Shown piece after piece: positions 33,729-44,761 of a stretch of DNA of 59,678 bases. Source of the DNA: Macrostomum lignano (taxonomy: Eukaryota). Below the pieces are notes generated by a model. That model ran no database searches. It saw only the letters and a program-made list of their open reading frames with translations, and was not told the origin of the DNA. The stretch lies in assembly GCA_002269645.1 (NCBI GenBank), contig NIVC01002023.1, positions 1 through 59,678 of the forward strand. The letters are read 5' to 3'. The position numbers and the translations under genes are program-made. Position 1 is the first letter of the stretch, and each line of letters opens with the position of its first letter.

Positions 33729-34019
33729 GAAAATGCGTTCCCTTTTAAGTAGCTCGTATGCTTACCGAAAATAGAGTGGTATGAAGAGAACTTACTATGT
33801 GTACTCAAATGAGGGCGTGGGCCTCGCGTGCGTGGGAGAGAGGGGAGTGTATGTGTGTGGGCGCAGCGCGCGTGGGGGGAGAGAGATTTTCACTTTAACT
33901 GAGCCCAGCCGAGGAAGAATTCCGTCTCGAGTGAAGGCCAGAATGCAAACGATTTCGGCCTCGCGCAAGGCCAAAATGAAAAGGGTTTTGGCCTTTTGGC
34001 CTTTTGGCCTTTCGGTTTT

Positions 34020-34262
34020 TTAACGCAATTGCTTAATGATTTCTGCAAAGTTATAGTAGCTGTCGTAATCTTTTACATAGGTTACTCCATACTTATGAAA
34101 CCAGTGTCTTTGGAGAGCTAGATTAATATTAGGGACATTGATATCAACGTCGGGCCAATATTTTCTCATGTACTCGCTGCATTCAAGTTTGCATCGGTAC
34201 TTGGATTTGTACAATGGATGAGGCTGAGTATAATAGGAACCTGGAGAGACAACTGGAAACAT
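34020..34262 (-). CDS. Small Tyr/Trp-rich Polinton ORFan, 80 aa
   Basis: ATG in ctaaaaATG context immediately inside the right TIR. No recognisable motif. Confidence 0.5.
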   Translation of the reverse strand: MFPVVSPGSYYTQPHPLYKSKYRCKLECSEYMRKYWPDVDINVPNINLALQRHWFHKYGVTYVKDYDSYYNFAEIIKQLR

Positions 34263-34284
34263 TTTTAGAGAAAATTTAATTTTT

Positions 34285-34704
34285 TTCAAAGGGTAAGGAC
34301 CCTGCGCTGATAATTTAAAGTCTTAGGGATCTGGTAGCACGTTGCGGATTGAATGTGGGGAGAAGAATGCAGATTATTTTCTGATTGTTTCTGGGTGGAT
34401 GTTAGTGGATTATGTCAGTGTCAGTGAGTATAACAGGTGTCCACTGTCTGATTCTGTCGGGGATAATATGGATGGATTTAATAGGATTATGTTCGAAGTT
34501 TTCAGAGCAAGTGCGGCCCCTCCCCTTTTTCATGATTCTGTCAGGGATAATATGGATGGATTTAATGGGATTATGGAGGACGTTTTGTGAGCGAGTGCGA
34601 CCCCCCTTTTTTTCTGATTCTGTCAGGGATAATATGGATGGATTTAGGTGGATTATGGAGGACGTGAAAAATTTTGTCCCAAAAGCCCCCTCATGCCTTC
34701 TACT
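34285..34704 (-). repeat. Right terminal inverted repeat of the Polinton
   Basis: Reverse complement of 14647-15106, ending CTACT and followed by the TSD. Confidence 0.92.
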
Positions 34705-34710
34705 TCCTTA

Positions 34711-36730
34711 TCTGTCCTCTGTTTCAGTAGCTGGATTAGGCGCACACTTTTGCTCATTTTGTTCAGCAGTGCTGTTATCGAGGCGGAAATCATTCAATAC
34801 TGATAGTAGTCTGATTACTCCAATTCAATCTGAGGTGTGAAGTGATTTAGAGAGTAGGTTAAATCTGGCAGTTATTTTTATCAGTTTTATTGCTTTGTTC
34901 GCCGATGGCTCGGATGAGTGGCTAAACTAGTAGGCGCCGGTCATAGTGGACCAATGGCAAGGCAGTTCTCAATCGATCAATCTATCAAATCAGTTAGCAA
35001 GGTTGCCAATAGTGCAGTATCGGCGCTAGAGATGTACTTCTGTGCACCTTAGATTCGCCAAGCGGCTCGGGTAGTGAATCATGCGGTCTCTGATGTTCGA
35101 GTTAGCCTATCATATCAGCGCTACGAGAGGCTGGTTGGCGCGTTGAAGGCCAAAAGTACAATTCCTCGTATTTAGCAATTTAATAGTACATGATGAGGAC
35201 GCATCTTTTTTCAATCTTAAAACCGCACATTTTGCTTCGATGCGATGACTATGATCGTTGATGTTTCTGTTGAATCAAATAAGTCGGAGGTTCGATTTGT
35301 TTCTCTCGATCTCTAACCTTCAATAAGATGTTTATTACTAATCAATGTTAGTAGCAATTCCTAATAGGATATTGATCACGCAATTACGCAAATTTGTTAA
35401 GCAATTCAGTGAAAATGGAGCCACAGGCTACTTATCGATATTGTTGCACGAATTGACGTTTGTCCGGATTTATCTCTGTTAAATCGGGATATTAGAGTTC
35501 AGGCCCGATTGTTGGGGCAAGCTAGCGGAGCAGTTGAGGAGGCAAAGAGGCGGAGAGCCGAGAACCGGGAAAAACTGGGGAGAGGCTTCATTCTCACTGA
35601 ACGCTAGTATATATAGATTTCTATAACGCATTTCATTGGTGTTCGCTTCACGCAATAGGATCTTTACTGGCGCACAAGCATGTGCTGTACTTTCCTGATA
35701 GAAAAACCTTCTGAAGTTCGCATTAGACTAAAAAATAACATTGGGCATAACATGCTTAAATTAAGATCACTTCAGTACATTTAGTAGTGTATAAAGGCTC
35801 GCCAGCGCAAGAACCCCCTGCAAAAGTCCTCTCGTCCCTGCATGGCCAATGCGATCCTAGTCCCAGCAGCGTCCCTTCCATTCGGCTATGACTTCGAGAT
35901 ATAAACAGCTAAAAGACACTAGATGGCAGGTAAGTGCAGTGCCCCTCTAGTTGGAAGTCCGATTTCGATAGCTCCGGTTAATTGGCGAGCCGGAGCGCAC
36001 GGACTGGTGGCAGCGGGATAGTTAATCTGTGGATTAGCTAATCTCTACCTTTCAAATTCTCCGCTGCTTGTCTCGCTGTCTTCTCTTAGCTATAGGACCT
36101 TGCTGCTCGCCCACAATCTAGCTACCACGGGGCTGACCATCTGACAGGAGTGAGAGGCCAGAGCTTTAAGTGATTCATTTCTGAGTTCTGAGGCCCGAAG
36201 CTACAGCGAGGCTTAAAAAGGCCGAACCCATCATACATGTAGCTATCCCATATAGTCCCGCCACTGCAAGAATCCCCTGAACGAGTCCCCTCTGTACCTT
36301 CATGGCCAATGCGATCAAGTCCCAGCAGTGTCCCAATTAACATCGGCTATGACTTCGAGATTGACAGCAAAAAGACACTAGTTGGCAAGGTAAGCGCTAA
36401 GCCCCTTCTAGGCGGAAGCCCGATTTCGAAAGTCGAATTTCGATCTCGCACGGGCTGGTGGCAGCGGGTTATAGTTAATCTGTGGATTAGCTGATCTCTA
36501 CCTTCAAAATTCTCCCTGCAATTGTCTCTCGCTGTCCCTCTCTTAGCTATATAGGACCTAGACTGCTCGCCACAGATCAAGCTACCATGGGGCTGACCAT
36601 TGCGGACTCCCTTGCGGGACGCCACAGACCAATCTGACTGGAGTGGGAGGCCGGGACTCTAATTGATTTATTTCTGAGACCTGCCGAAAGCTTCCCGCAA
36701 GGGAGCCGAAAAGGCCAAAACCCATCAATA
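34711..36730. repeat. Right block of the non-coding composite repeat array
   Basis: 34740-35190 is an inverted copy of ~12230-12680. TGATGAGGACGCA at 35191. Two tandem ~430-500-bp units (35800-36230, 36230-36730) are inverted copies of ~11770-12230. Confidence 0.8.
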
Positions 36731-37129
36731 ACTATAAATATATAGACATGTAGCTCGTAGTAGATGTACATGTGCATCTAATAGTTACGTACGAGCCGAA
36801 TATTATCATTCATATTACATTATTACATACAACCTACATGTATGTATATTCTTTACACATTCTGTAATACTTGAATCGAGATTTCACAATTATTTTTTTC
36901 ACGCCAGAGAGTTTTTAAATTGCTCAATTGTTGAATATTAATTAATGTACGTAATATGTATTGTACTCGTACAGAGTTCTTAGTTCAATAACTACAAAAT
37001 ATACGTTGTCAGCCAGTCATGCTTGTGACATGCAATGTCACACCTAACAGGGCGTGTTTCAGGGCCTGGGCGCTAAGCGTAGGCCGCGCACCGCCGGCAG
37101 TGACCAGGGCTCCTAGCTGCATTGTTTGT

Positions 37130-37420
37130 CGACGACAGCAGTTATCGCGCATTTGGTCTCTGATTCCAGGAACAAAACACAACAACCTCATTTTCACCGT
37201 TTCCGTCTTCAATGGCGAGAATTTACAACGCAAATCGAACATCAGAGTGACACTTTCATCAACAAACAATACCTCCGGAAAAATTTTCAGTCTCTCAGCA
37301 AACTTTTCGTGATTGTTACAGATGTGGGAGCGGAGCTTATGACACAAGGGACAGCATTCAATATTCTGCACGAGGATCTTGGTCTGTCCAAAAAGTCTGC
37401 CAGATGGATGCCAAAAGCAT
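37130..37420 (+). pseudogene. Mariner transposase N-terminal remnant
   Basis: GTAFNILHEDLGLSKKSARWMPK matches the mariner ILHExLG..K.SARWVP motif. Confidence 0.65.
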
Positions 37421-37506
37421 GCATGTTATCATCCGTTATCAAATTTCTGAGAGCTAGAAAAGGCTAGCTCTAGCTCTATATTACACTCATCGTAGATGAA
37501 GAAGCT

Positions 37507-38290
37507 TGTCTTGTAGCTTTTATTACTGTTTTTAGTGAGGGTGCTGTTGTGTTCTAATTGACACAGAGAGTTTCGTTTGATTGAAGCTTTTGAGCTCAGA
37601 GATACACATCTCGCTCACAATATATTTATAGAGATCAAACTCCTACTTGCACGTTGCACGTTGCAATCTCCTACTCATTCTAGTCTGAGTACAGTATACG
37701 CCCACGCATTCAATAAGGCCAATAGTTCATTGTCAGTAGTCAGTTCATTGCGCGAGCATTGCTAATCACAACATTCTCCCCCCTTCCGGAAGAGGATAAC
37801 GCGCCGGTTGCCGTCGAGCTCGAGTCGACCTTTGGAGCGCCGCCTCGGGTAGCGGCTCGCCAGGCGGTGGTGGCGGCACCGTAGCCGCCCTGGCCACCGG
37901 CTCAGGCAGCAGGAGCGCCTCGAACAGCTCGTCCGCTCGGTCAGCTGCGCCACTGTGTGCTGTCGGGTCGTTGCACTTGATCAGGCGGCTCGCGTGCCAC
38001 TTCGTACCGTCGGACAGCACGAAGGTGTTGCGCCCTGCTTGGGAGGCGATCTTGAGCGGCTCCTTTAGTCGGGTTGCCAGCTTGTGCGCCCGGTGCGGCA
38101 CCTGCTGCCAGACCCAGTCTCCGGCCTCGACTGCTGAGTCTCGAGCTCGCCTTCGCTTGTTGGTGTAGTCGGCGTTCTTAGCTTGCCTCTGTGCGATGCT
38201 GTCGCGCAGGTCGTCGTCGCTCGGCAGTTGTTCTTGAGTCGGCCTGAGCAGCTGCAGCACAACAGTGCACAACAGGTGCACTATGCAATT
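37507..38290 (-). mobile_element. Gypsy 3' remnant: integrase C-terminus, polypurine tract and 3' LTR
   Basis: RQAKNADYTNKRRRA..VEAGDWVW..TFVLSDGTKWHASRL..RRSTR-like tail, PPT gaaggggggagaa, then TGTTGTG starting at 37773. AATAAA lies downstream. The LTR end at ~37507 is tentative. Confidence 0.75.
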
Positions 38291-39941
38291 TAGCAAGCTG
38301 CGAAGCCAAGGCAATAATTCAGTTAAGTATAATTTTTATAAGCTACACGTAATAGAACACAAGCTCAGCTTTGAAACATCACACTAGAAATTTGAGAATC
38401 GCCAACAGATATCGAAGCCGTCTTGAAGTTGAATACACGTGGATTTAGTTAATGTCGCAGATTTAGTTATAAAATATACATTGTGTTTGGCATATAGGTA
38501 GCGATACTGGGCTTATGATATTTGTGATGAAATGAGAACATTTTTTTGAAGCTTGAAGATTAAGACACTGTGTTTACCGCGAGTGCCAACCGGATATACA
38601 TATAGCTACTGAATTAATTAGACAGGTTTGAGCAGTTAAGACGTGCAGCCTATTTGAAGAAATGGAATGTACGGTGGTGCCTTTAGTTAATTCAGTCAAC
38701 CTTGGCTCACGCCTCAGACCAGCTAGGTGCGCCTCCTCATCAGTTAACAAAGTATACTGCAGTTCCACAGGCCAACTAAACTCAAAAATGGCTTTTCTCG
38801 ACCAGACTCGAGATGCAATGCAAAGTTTGCATTAGACTGAATCATGCAAATAACAGTGCTGATTTTAAAATCTCAGCCAAAAATAACTGACGATTGATGG
38901 GAAGTAAACAATTTTGTCTGAAAGCCAGAACAAAATAGCGCATTAATTGGAGCGCAAGCAGATTACAGGTAATATTTAGCACCGAAGTTATTACAAAGAA
39001 AATTTTGTGGCATCAATGTTTTTGACTCGTTTTCTATATAAATCCGTACAGTATATATAGCATCTGAAGGGACAACTCGGTAAACTCTGCGAATCAATTA
39101 TAAATATCGAGGTCGCTACACAGTAGCCGTTGAGCAGCAAGTGTCTAGAAAAAATAAATAATTTAACGCAATGATGCACCCAATAAATTTATACCAGAAA
39201 ATGCACAGGATTTATCAGCGAACGGAACGACAGTGTAAATAAATTAAGCTAAAAAGCGGCTGAAAAAGCCAAGGCCAAGTTTATCAAAATAAACAATGAT
39301 GGCCCGCAAATTAGAAAATTACAATAGCCCTCACCCATCTCATCCATGCACCCAACTCACCCATCATGAACTCTCACCCATCATGCACTCTCACCCACGC
39401 ACTCTCCCCGCGCACTCTCACTCGTCACCTACAAATGCGCTTTCGGCCGCCCCATGAGATGAGTAGTGCAAAGCAGATCCTGTGGTGCGACTTGCTGTTT
39501 GGTATCAAGTAAAAACAACAGGGAGAAGGCAGGCACAAGTGAGTACTTTGAAAAAGGTTAGAAGGGACGGACTTAAAAATGCACTGTTATTGATTAGTAG
39601 CGACTTTGGGCCTACTGGAACCAGTCGTCGAAATTATATAACAACATTTATCACTATTTTACGAATACTCACTCAAGCACATGGCAGAATATGCGTAGAT
39701 TATATAGATAAAGCAAGAGAACATCGTAGCGAAACCATTCAACATAAGCACTACTAAAACTAAAAGCACGTGTATAAAATGCAAGGTGACTGCAATGCAA
39801 ACGAATCGCATGCAATGCACTAAACGAATCAACAGAATGTTAAACAGGCTTGGCACCGAAGAGACTGAACGAGCTGATAAATCTAGAATACTCGTCGGAA
39901 TGATGCGATAAAATCAGCTGATTGCCAATCGGACAAAAATC

Positions 39942-42900
39942 TCACGGCTCTGATGATACAGAGCGCTGGATTAGCAGCCGCACTCTGCCCTGTGCCTTCA
40001 AGAACTGCACTGCCTCAGAGTGGCTCAGACCGCCAAATGGCATTTCGTTCACCTGCAGGATTCGATCCCCAAACCTCAGCAGGTCCGAGGCGGGGCAGTT
40101 GGGCAGGAGGCGGGATACGAATACGCCACCTTCGGCAGTGTCGGCGCCACCGGACACGCTGAAGCCGAGAGTCGGGCCGCGGTCGATCGTCACCCACAGC
40201 AGCAGAGTGTTAGCAGCGGCGGCAACTGGGACACTGAACTCGCTTGAGCTGCCGCCACTTCTAAAGTCGGCATCAGGTAGAACGGCAACGCTGGCAGTGG
40301 AAGTGCGAACTGGTGGGACGCGAATTCCGCTGGAAGGCGGCAGGTTGTGAATTTGAGGCGGGGGTGGCGGCGACCTGGCGGGAGGTGGCGCTGGGGCTGG
40401 TCGGCGGCCACCGTAGCCGCTGTCGCTGCTCGCGGAGTCCTCAGGAACTGCAATCGGGGCGGCGGGGCCGGAGGGTGCGGTGGGCCAGTGAGGGCCACGC
40501 GGCGGCGGTGGTGGCGGCGGCGGCGGCTGATGAAGCGGCGGTGTTAGCGCAGACTCTGACTGGGCGATAGGCGGCAGCTGCGAGCCAGGATGGCTTCCGC
40601 GCCTTGACAACGGGGCGACCGTGGCGGGTAGGGAGCGCACACGAGCGGCGGGCAAGCCCCCGTCAGAGTCGTAGCCGTAGTGCTGGCGGAGGTGCGAGTG
40701 CGAGTGGTCGCCAGGTCTGATGCGGATTGTGGCAACGGGAGTCGCATCCTGCAGGGGCAGTTTCATTAAATGGAATTTATAGTGATATAAATGAAAAACG
40801 ACAATAAAACGAACCATTATTGGTTAGGAATTCAAGCCAAACGTCACACCTAAATTTAAAAATAAGTTGAGCCAATCGAAATGAGTTTCATTCGTACTTG
40901 CAGCAAAACCATCTCGTACGCATCCGAAGTTCCATTGTTGTTATTATTGGGATCTGAGCCATTGCTCACTGCTTGGTGGCCGCTTAGAGGTGACGAAGTC
41001 GACAGCGGGCTGACCAGGTCCAACGGGTTTTGCCGGGAGGCTGCAGTAGTCGTTTTTGCAGCATCATCGCTCGGGGAGTTGGCGACCTCGGTGGTGACTC
41101 CATCTGGATTCCCCAGAGTTGGAAGGTGAGGCAGATAATGGGCTGCAGACTCGGCGCTGCTCGAATTTGACGTCACGCAGGGCAAGCACCGGCGCAGGCA
41201 GCTGGCCTGAACACCCAGAGCCGTTGACTGCTCAGTGGGATTATAGTTAGTTGGCACGAATTAGCTGGTATTACTTTAGAGGTTAGATGTAATGAGATTA
41301 AATACTCGGTTAGCAGGCACAAGCGTGAATAAAATGACTGTCGCTCAACAGTAGCCAAGGTAAAAAAAAACTTTATTAGGCACAGCAAAGAAGCAATTAG
41401 AGCAGCTATACAACTAGGAATTTATTTTTAAGGCCTGAAGTTGTCTAACTCCCTGCCAAATACACTCGATCAACTGCTTAAACATGGACAACGCATCCCA
41501 CTCGGTACATACCAGGCCCACTCGCTCCGTGGATGTGGGGACGCAGGCGGCCCAGACCCGCCGCCGTCCGTCGGGCAGATCCTTGGGCAGGTGGCGGTCC
41601 TCAGCGGCATCGCTGGGTGATTCGCCGCCGTCCACAGCGAACTGAACGGTGCGCTGCCTCTCCATGGAGTTGAAGTCATCGAGCTCGTCTTCCTCCCTGA
41701 GAGTGGCCAGCGGAACTGGCAGCTGGGGCAGCAGGTAGCAAGTGAGAACCCGCAAAACGGCCTTGCCTGCAAGGACATCTTCGGGCTGCAGACGGGGCAG
41801 CGGTTCGGTCTGGTTGTCGCTGAGCCACAGAGCCTGCAGGTCGGGCAGCCGCAGCATGGAGATTGGCAGGCAGTCGAGCCTGTTGGCACTCAGGTTCAGA
41901 ACCCGCAGCTCCTGCAGGTGGCCGATCTCGTCCGGCACGAACCTCAGCAGGTTGGCTCGCAGAGACAGAATTGTGAGGCTGGAGCAGCTTCCGATGCTGG
42001 AGGGCAGCTCCGTCAGCCGGTTGCAGTCGGCATGCAGAGTTTGCAGCTGGCGCAGCAGGCCAATGGTGGGTGGCAGACAGGCCAGCAGGTTGCTGCTGAT
42101 GTTTAGGTCACATAGAGCGGACAGACGGCCGATGCTCTGCGGCAGCTGCAGCAGCCGGTTGGCATCGAGCCGGAGGCCAGCCAGGCCAGTCAGTCCGTCC
42201 ACGGTGTCTGGCAGGCAGCGCAGCAGATTGGCGCTCAAGTTGAGATCACACAGGGCGGCGCAGAGGCCCAGTTCGTGCGGCAGGGTCTCGATGCGGTTTC
42301 CAGACAAGTCGAAGAAGCTGAGGCTGGTCAGCTGGCCGATAGACGCGGGCAGGCAAGACAGGCGGTTCTTGTCCAGCCAGCAGTCACACAGGCTTTGCAG
42401 CTCGCCAAAGGATTCTGGCTGGGTGTCAAAAGGGAGGACAAAAGTTGCTGGTCACTGTCATGAAATGGACAAAGCAATTAATTGAACAGTATGAACAGTA
42501 GAAACTAGCCGAAAATACAAAAATTCCTGGATAGTTTTATTTCTATAGTGCTGCACTAAGCAAAAATCGGAAGGTACTTACTAGCAATTCTAGCTCGTTT
42601 TCACCAGCATCCAGCCGTTCCAGGCTCTTCAGACGACCGATGCAGGCAGGAAGCGACCTGAGCTTGTTGCCCCGGACCTCCAGCACACAGAGGCTGCCCA
42701 GTCTTAAAAATAACAGCATTGGAGTGACGGGGCCTTGCACTCGGAGGTGTCAAAATAATACATAATCATAATAAGACACATAGTAATAACAATTTTGGTC
42801 CATAAAAGTTCTTGACAAGCTGATTTCGGTACAAGAGCGCATGAGCAGTACTACCGAGATATACGCAAATTCAGCATAAGCCAATAAGAAAGCTCACCTG

Positions 42901-44761
42901 CCGAGAGTATTTGGCAGCTTCCTTAGTGAGCATTCGTTAAGTGTAAGATTGGCAAGGTGGCTGAGGCTGCTGATGTCCTCTGGCAATCTGAAACGTATCA
43001 ATAAGATCACATTTTTAAATCGCTAGCACCTGGAATGCATTGAATGTGTGTTTAAGGAAAATGAAACGTAGCAAATCAGAAACTGCTGCATTGCCCAGAA
43101 GCATAAAAAGATAAAAGTACGCATTGAATTTTTAGAGGATAAATGTATTAAACAAGAACTTTCTAAAAAAAACAAATTAACTTTTCATTAGTTATTGAAC
43201 TAGGTAGAGAAATATTTTACTGCACACAGCCGGTATATTTTTTATTAGAGGCTGTGTGCACTCTGGCGCACTTTAAACGAGAGGCATTGCTGCCCATTCC
43301 ACCGACTTCCATGAACAGGCACACAAGCGCGCGGATAAGTACGCAGTCACACACAGGCACACTACACAGGAGTGTACAGCGGCCCTAACTTTATCTATCG
43401 TTAGGCATGTACACTTCACTATGCTTTGGGGTTGGCCTTCAAGGGCGTTAATTGCACGAGCAGACCCAAGCTGAGATTCCAATGTTGCCCCAAATTAATG
43501 ACTGCAATTGGGAATCGAGCCTGGCACACAAGAGCGCCACGCTACGGCCCTGCAAACAGCCGGTGTTCTTTGATTAAATAAATTTACTGCAGTACTTACT
43601 GTGTTTTTTAATAATATTTTAGGCGTTGAATGCCCGGCACATATAAAAGAACAAAGTACCAAGTAGTAGCCATGAGGGGTTGCTTTCACAAACGCAAAAT
43701 TTTACAACCGCTAAATCACCTACTTTATAAGCGCTAAATTTCATAGACGCGAGACTTCACAACCGCTAAATTTTTGTTGTAATTTACAAACGCGAAACTT
43801 CAAAACCGCTAAATGTTACCTACTTTAACAACCGCGAAACTTCACAATAGCTAAATGAAAGTTTCGCGGTTATGAAAGCAACTGCTTCTAGCGGTAACAA
43901 AATTTCGCGTTTGTGAAACCCACCCGCCATGAGAAACGAACTTTTTATAGAAATAGGACAGACGACAGAAGACAAGCATTAGTGTAAATATAAATTAGCC
44001 TGGATTTTTCGTTTAAAGGGAGAGAGAATAGCCAGCGTGAAGACAGCAAAATCGCATGAAATACAAAACAAAGCTGGTTACGACAAAACCAATCAAATTC
44101 TGCAAATTTCGCCTATTTTTGCACTTTCTATATTCATACTAAGTTTACTGAATATAAAATATATAGGCTGGTATTTAGGTCACAATGCTTTGAGCAATAT
44201 GCTGAACTTGCACTCATTGGCCATGACTTACACTTCAAACAAGTTACCGCTTAGATCTAAAGTGTGCAGGTATTTGCAGGCCTTGATTTCATCCGGCAGC
44301 TCCACCAAGCCTGAAATGAACACAGTAGGTGGCAAAATTCACTGATGCTATCTCACCTAAGGCAGTCTAGTTCAACTTACTGTTGTTCTTCAGACTCAAC
44401 TCGCCAAGGTTGCACAAGCTCCCAATGCTTGGGGGCAGGCACTGGAGGCAATTGTTGGAAAGAGACAGCTTGAACAGACTGCGGCAGCAGAACAGCTCCT
44501 GTGGAAAAAACGGACTCAGAGAATTTCGTCAATGGATTACAAACATGCTACATGATAAACTACAAGCTGCCAAAATTTAAACTGGAGTCCAACCTTTCTC
44601 AGTTCTGTCAGCTTGTTGTGATCAAGCAGCAAGACCTCGAGCGTTGCTTCGTTTTTGAAGGCATCTGCGGGAACCTCCGCTAGGTGCTGATTTCGGAAGT
44701 CAAGTGTGCGGATCTCCACCGACTTCTTAGGTCGACAAGCACAGCTTAGAATTTTGTTCAT
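39942..44761 (-). CDS. LAP-family LRR + single PDZ scaffold protein (Erbin/Densin-180/LET-413-like), ~865 aa; exons 44761-44594, 44498-44381, 44310-44232, 42987-42898, 42702-42582, 42418-41513, 41206-40898, 40748-39942
   Basis: All junctions are GT-AG and phase-compatible (0,1,2,2,0,0,0). N-terminal CAC.. and ~16 LRRs, LAPSD-like LQALWLSDNQTEPLPRLQ, Pro/Ser-rich linker, C-terminal PDZ (LGFSVSGG..VFVSRL..GDRILQVN). The orthologue cannot be fixed by eye. Confidence 0.9.
43677..43925. mobile_element. 249-bp MITE in LAP intron 3
   Basis: TIRs gggttgctttcacaaacgc(a)aaa / tttcgcgtttgtgaaacccaccc. 8-bp TSD GCCATGAG (43669-43676, 43926-43933). Internal aaacgcgaaacttcacaaccgctaaat-like repeats. GG ends plus an 8-bp TSD suggest the Merlin type. 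Confidence 0.85.

Larger units (their letters stand above)
14647..34704. mobile_element. Endogenous Polinton/Maverick (adintovirus-like) element, ~14.3 kb plus a 5.76-kb LINE insertion
   Basis: Starts AGTAGAAGG and ends CCTTCTACT. The 6-bp TSD TCCTTA lies at 14641-14646 and 34705-34710. Long TIRs flank integrase, pPolB, ATPase, MCP, penton and PLA2 genes. Confidence 0.95.

Noticed and set aside
35189-35203. CATGATGA resembling a P-element terminus
   Set aside because: The leading CA is present in only one of four copies of the TGATGAGG boundary. No 8-bp TSD or matching transposase.
11770-36730. Outer inverted similarity (11770-12680 versus 34740-36730) read as giant Polinton TIRs
   Set aside because: The true ends are fixed by AG..CT and the TCCTTA TSD at 14647/34704. 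The outer repeats are more diverged and reassemble into a pre-existing repeat unit at the empty site.
39256-39450. Possible small MITE with ctcaccca repeats
   Set aside because: The terminal inverted match is short and imperfect, and no TSD was found.
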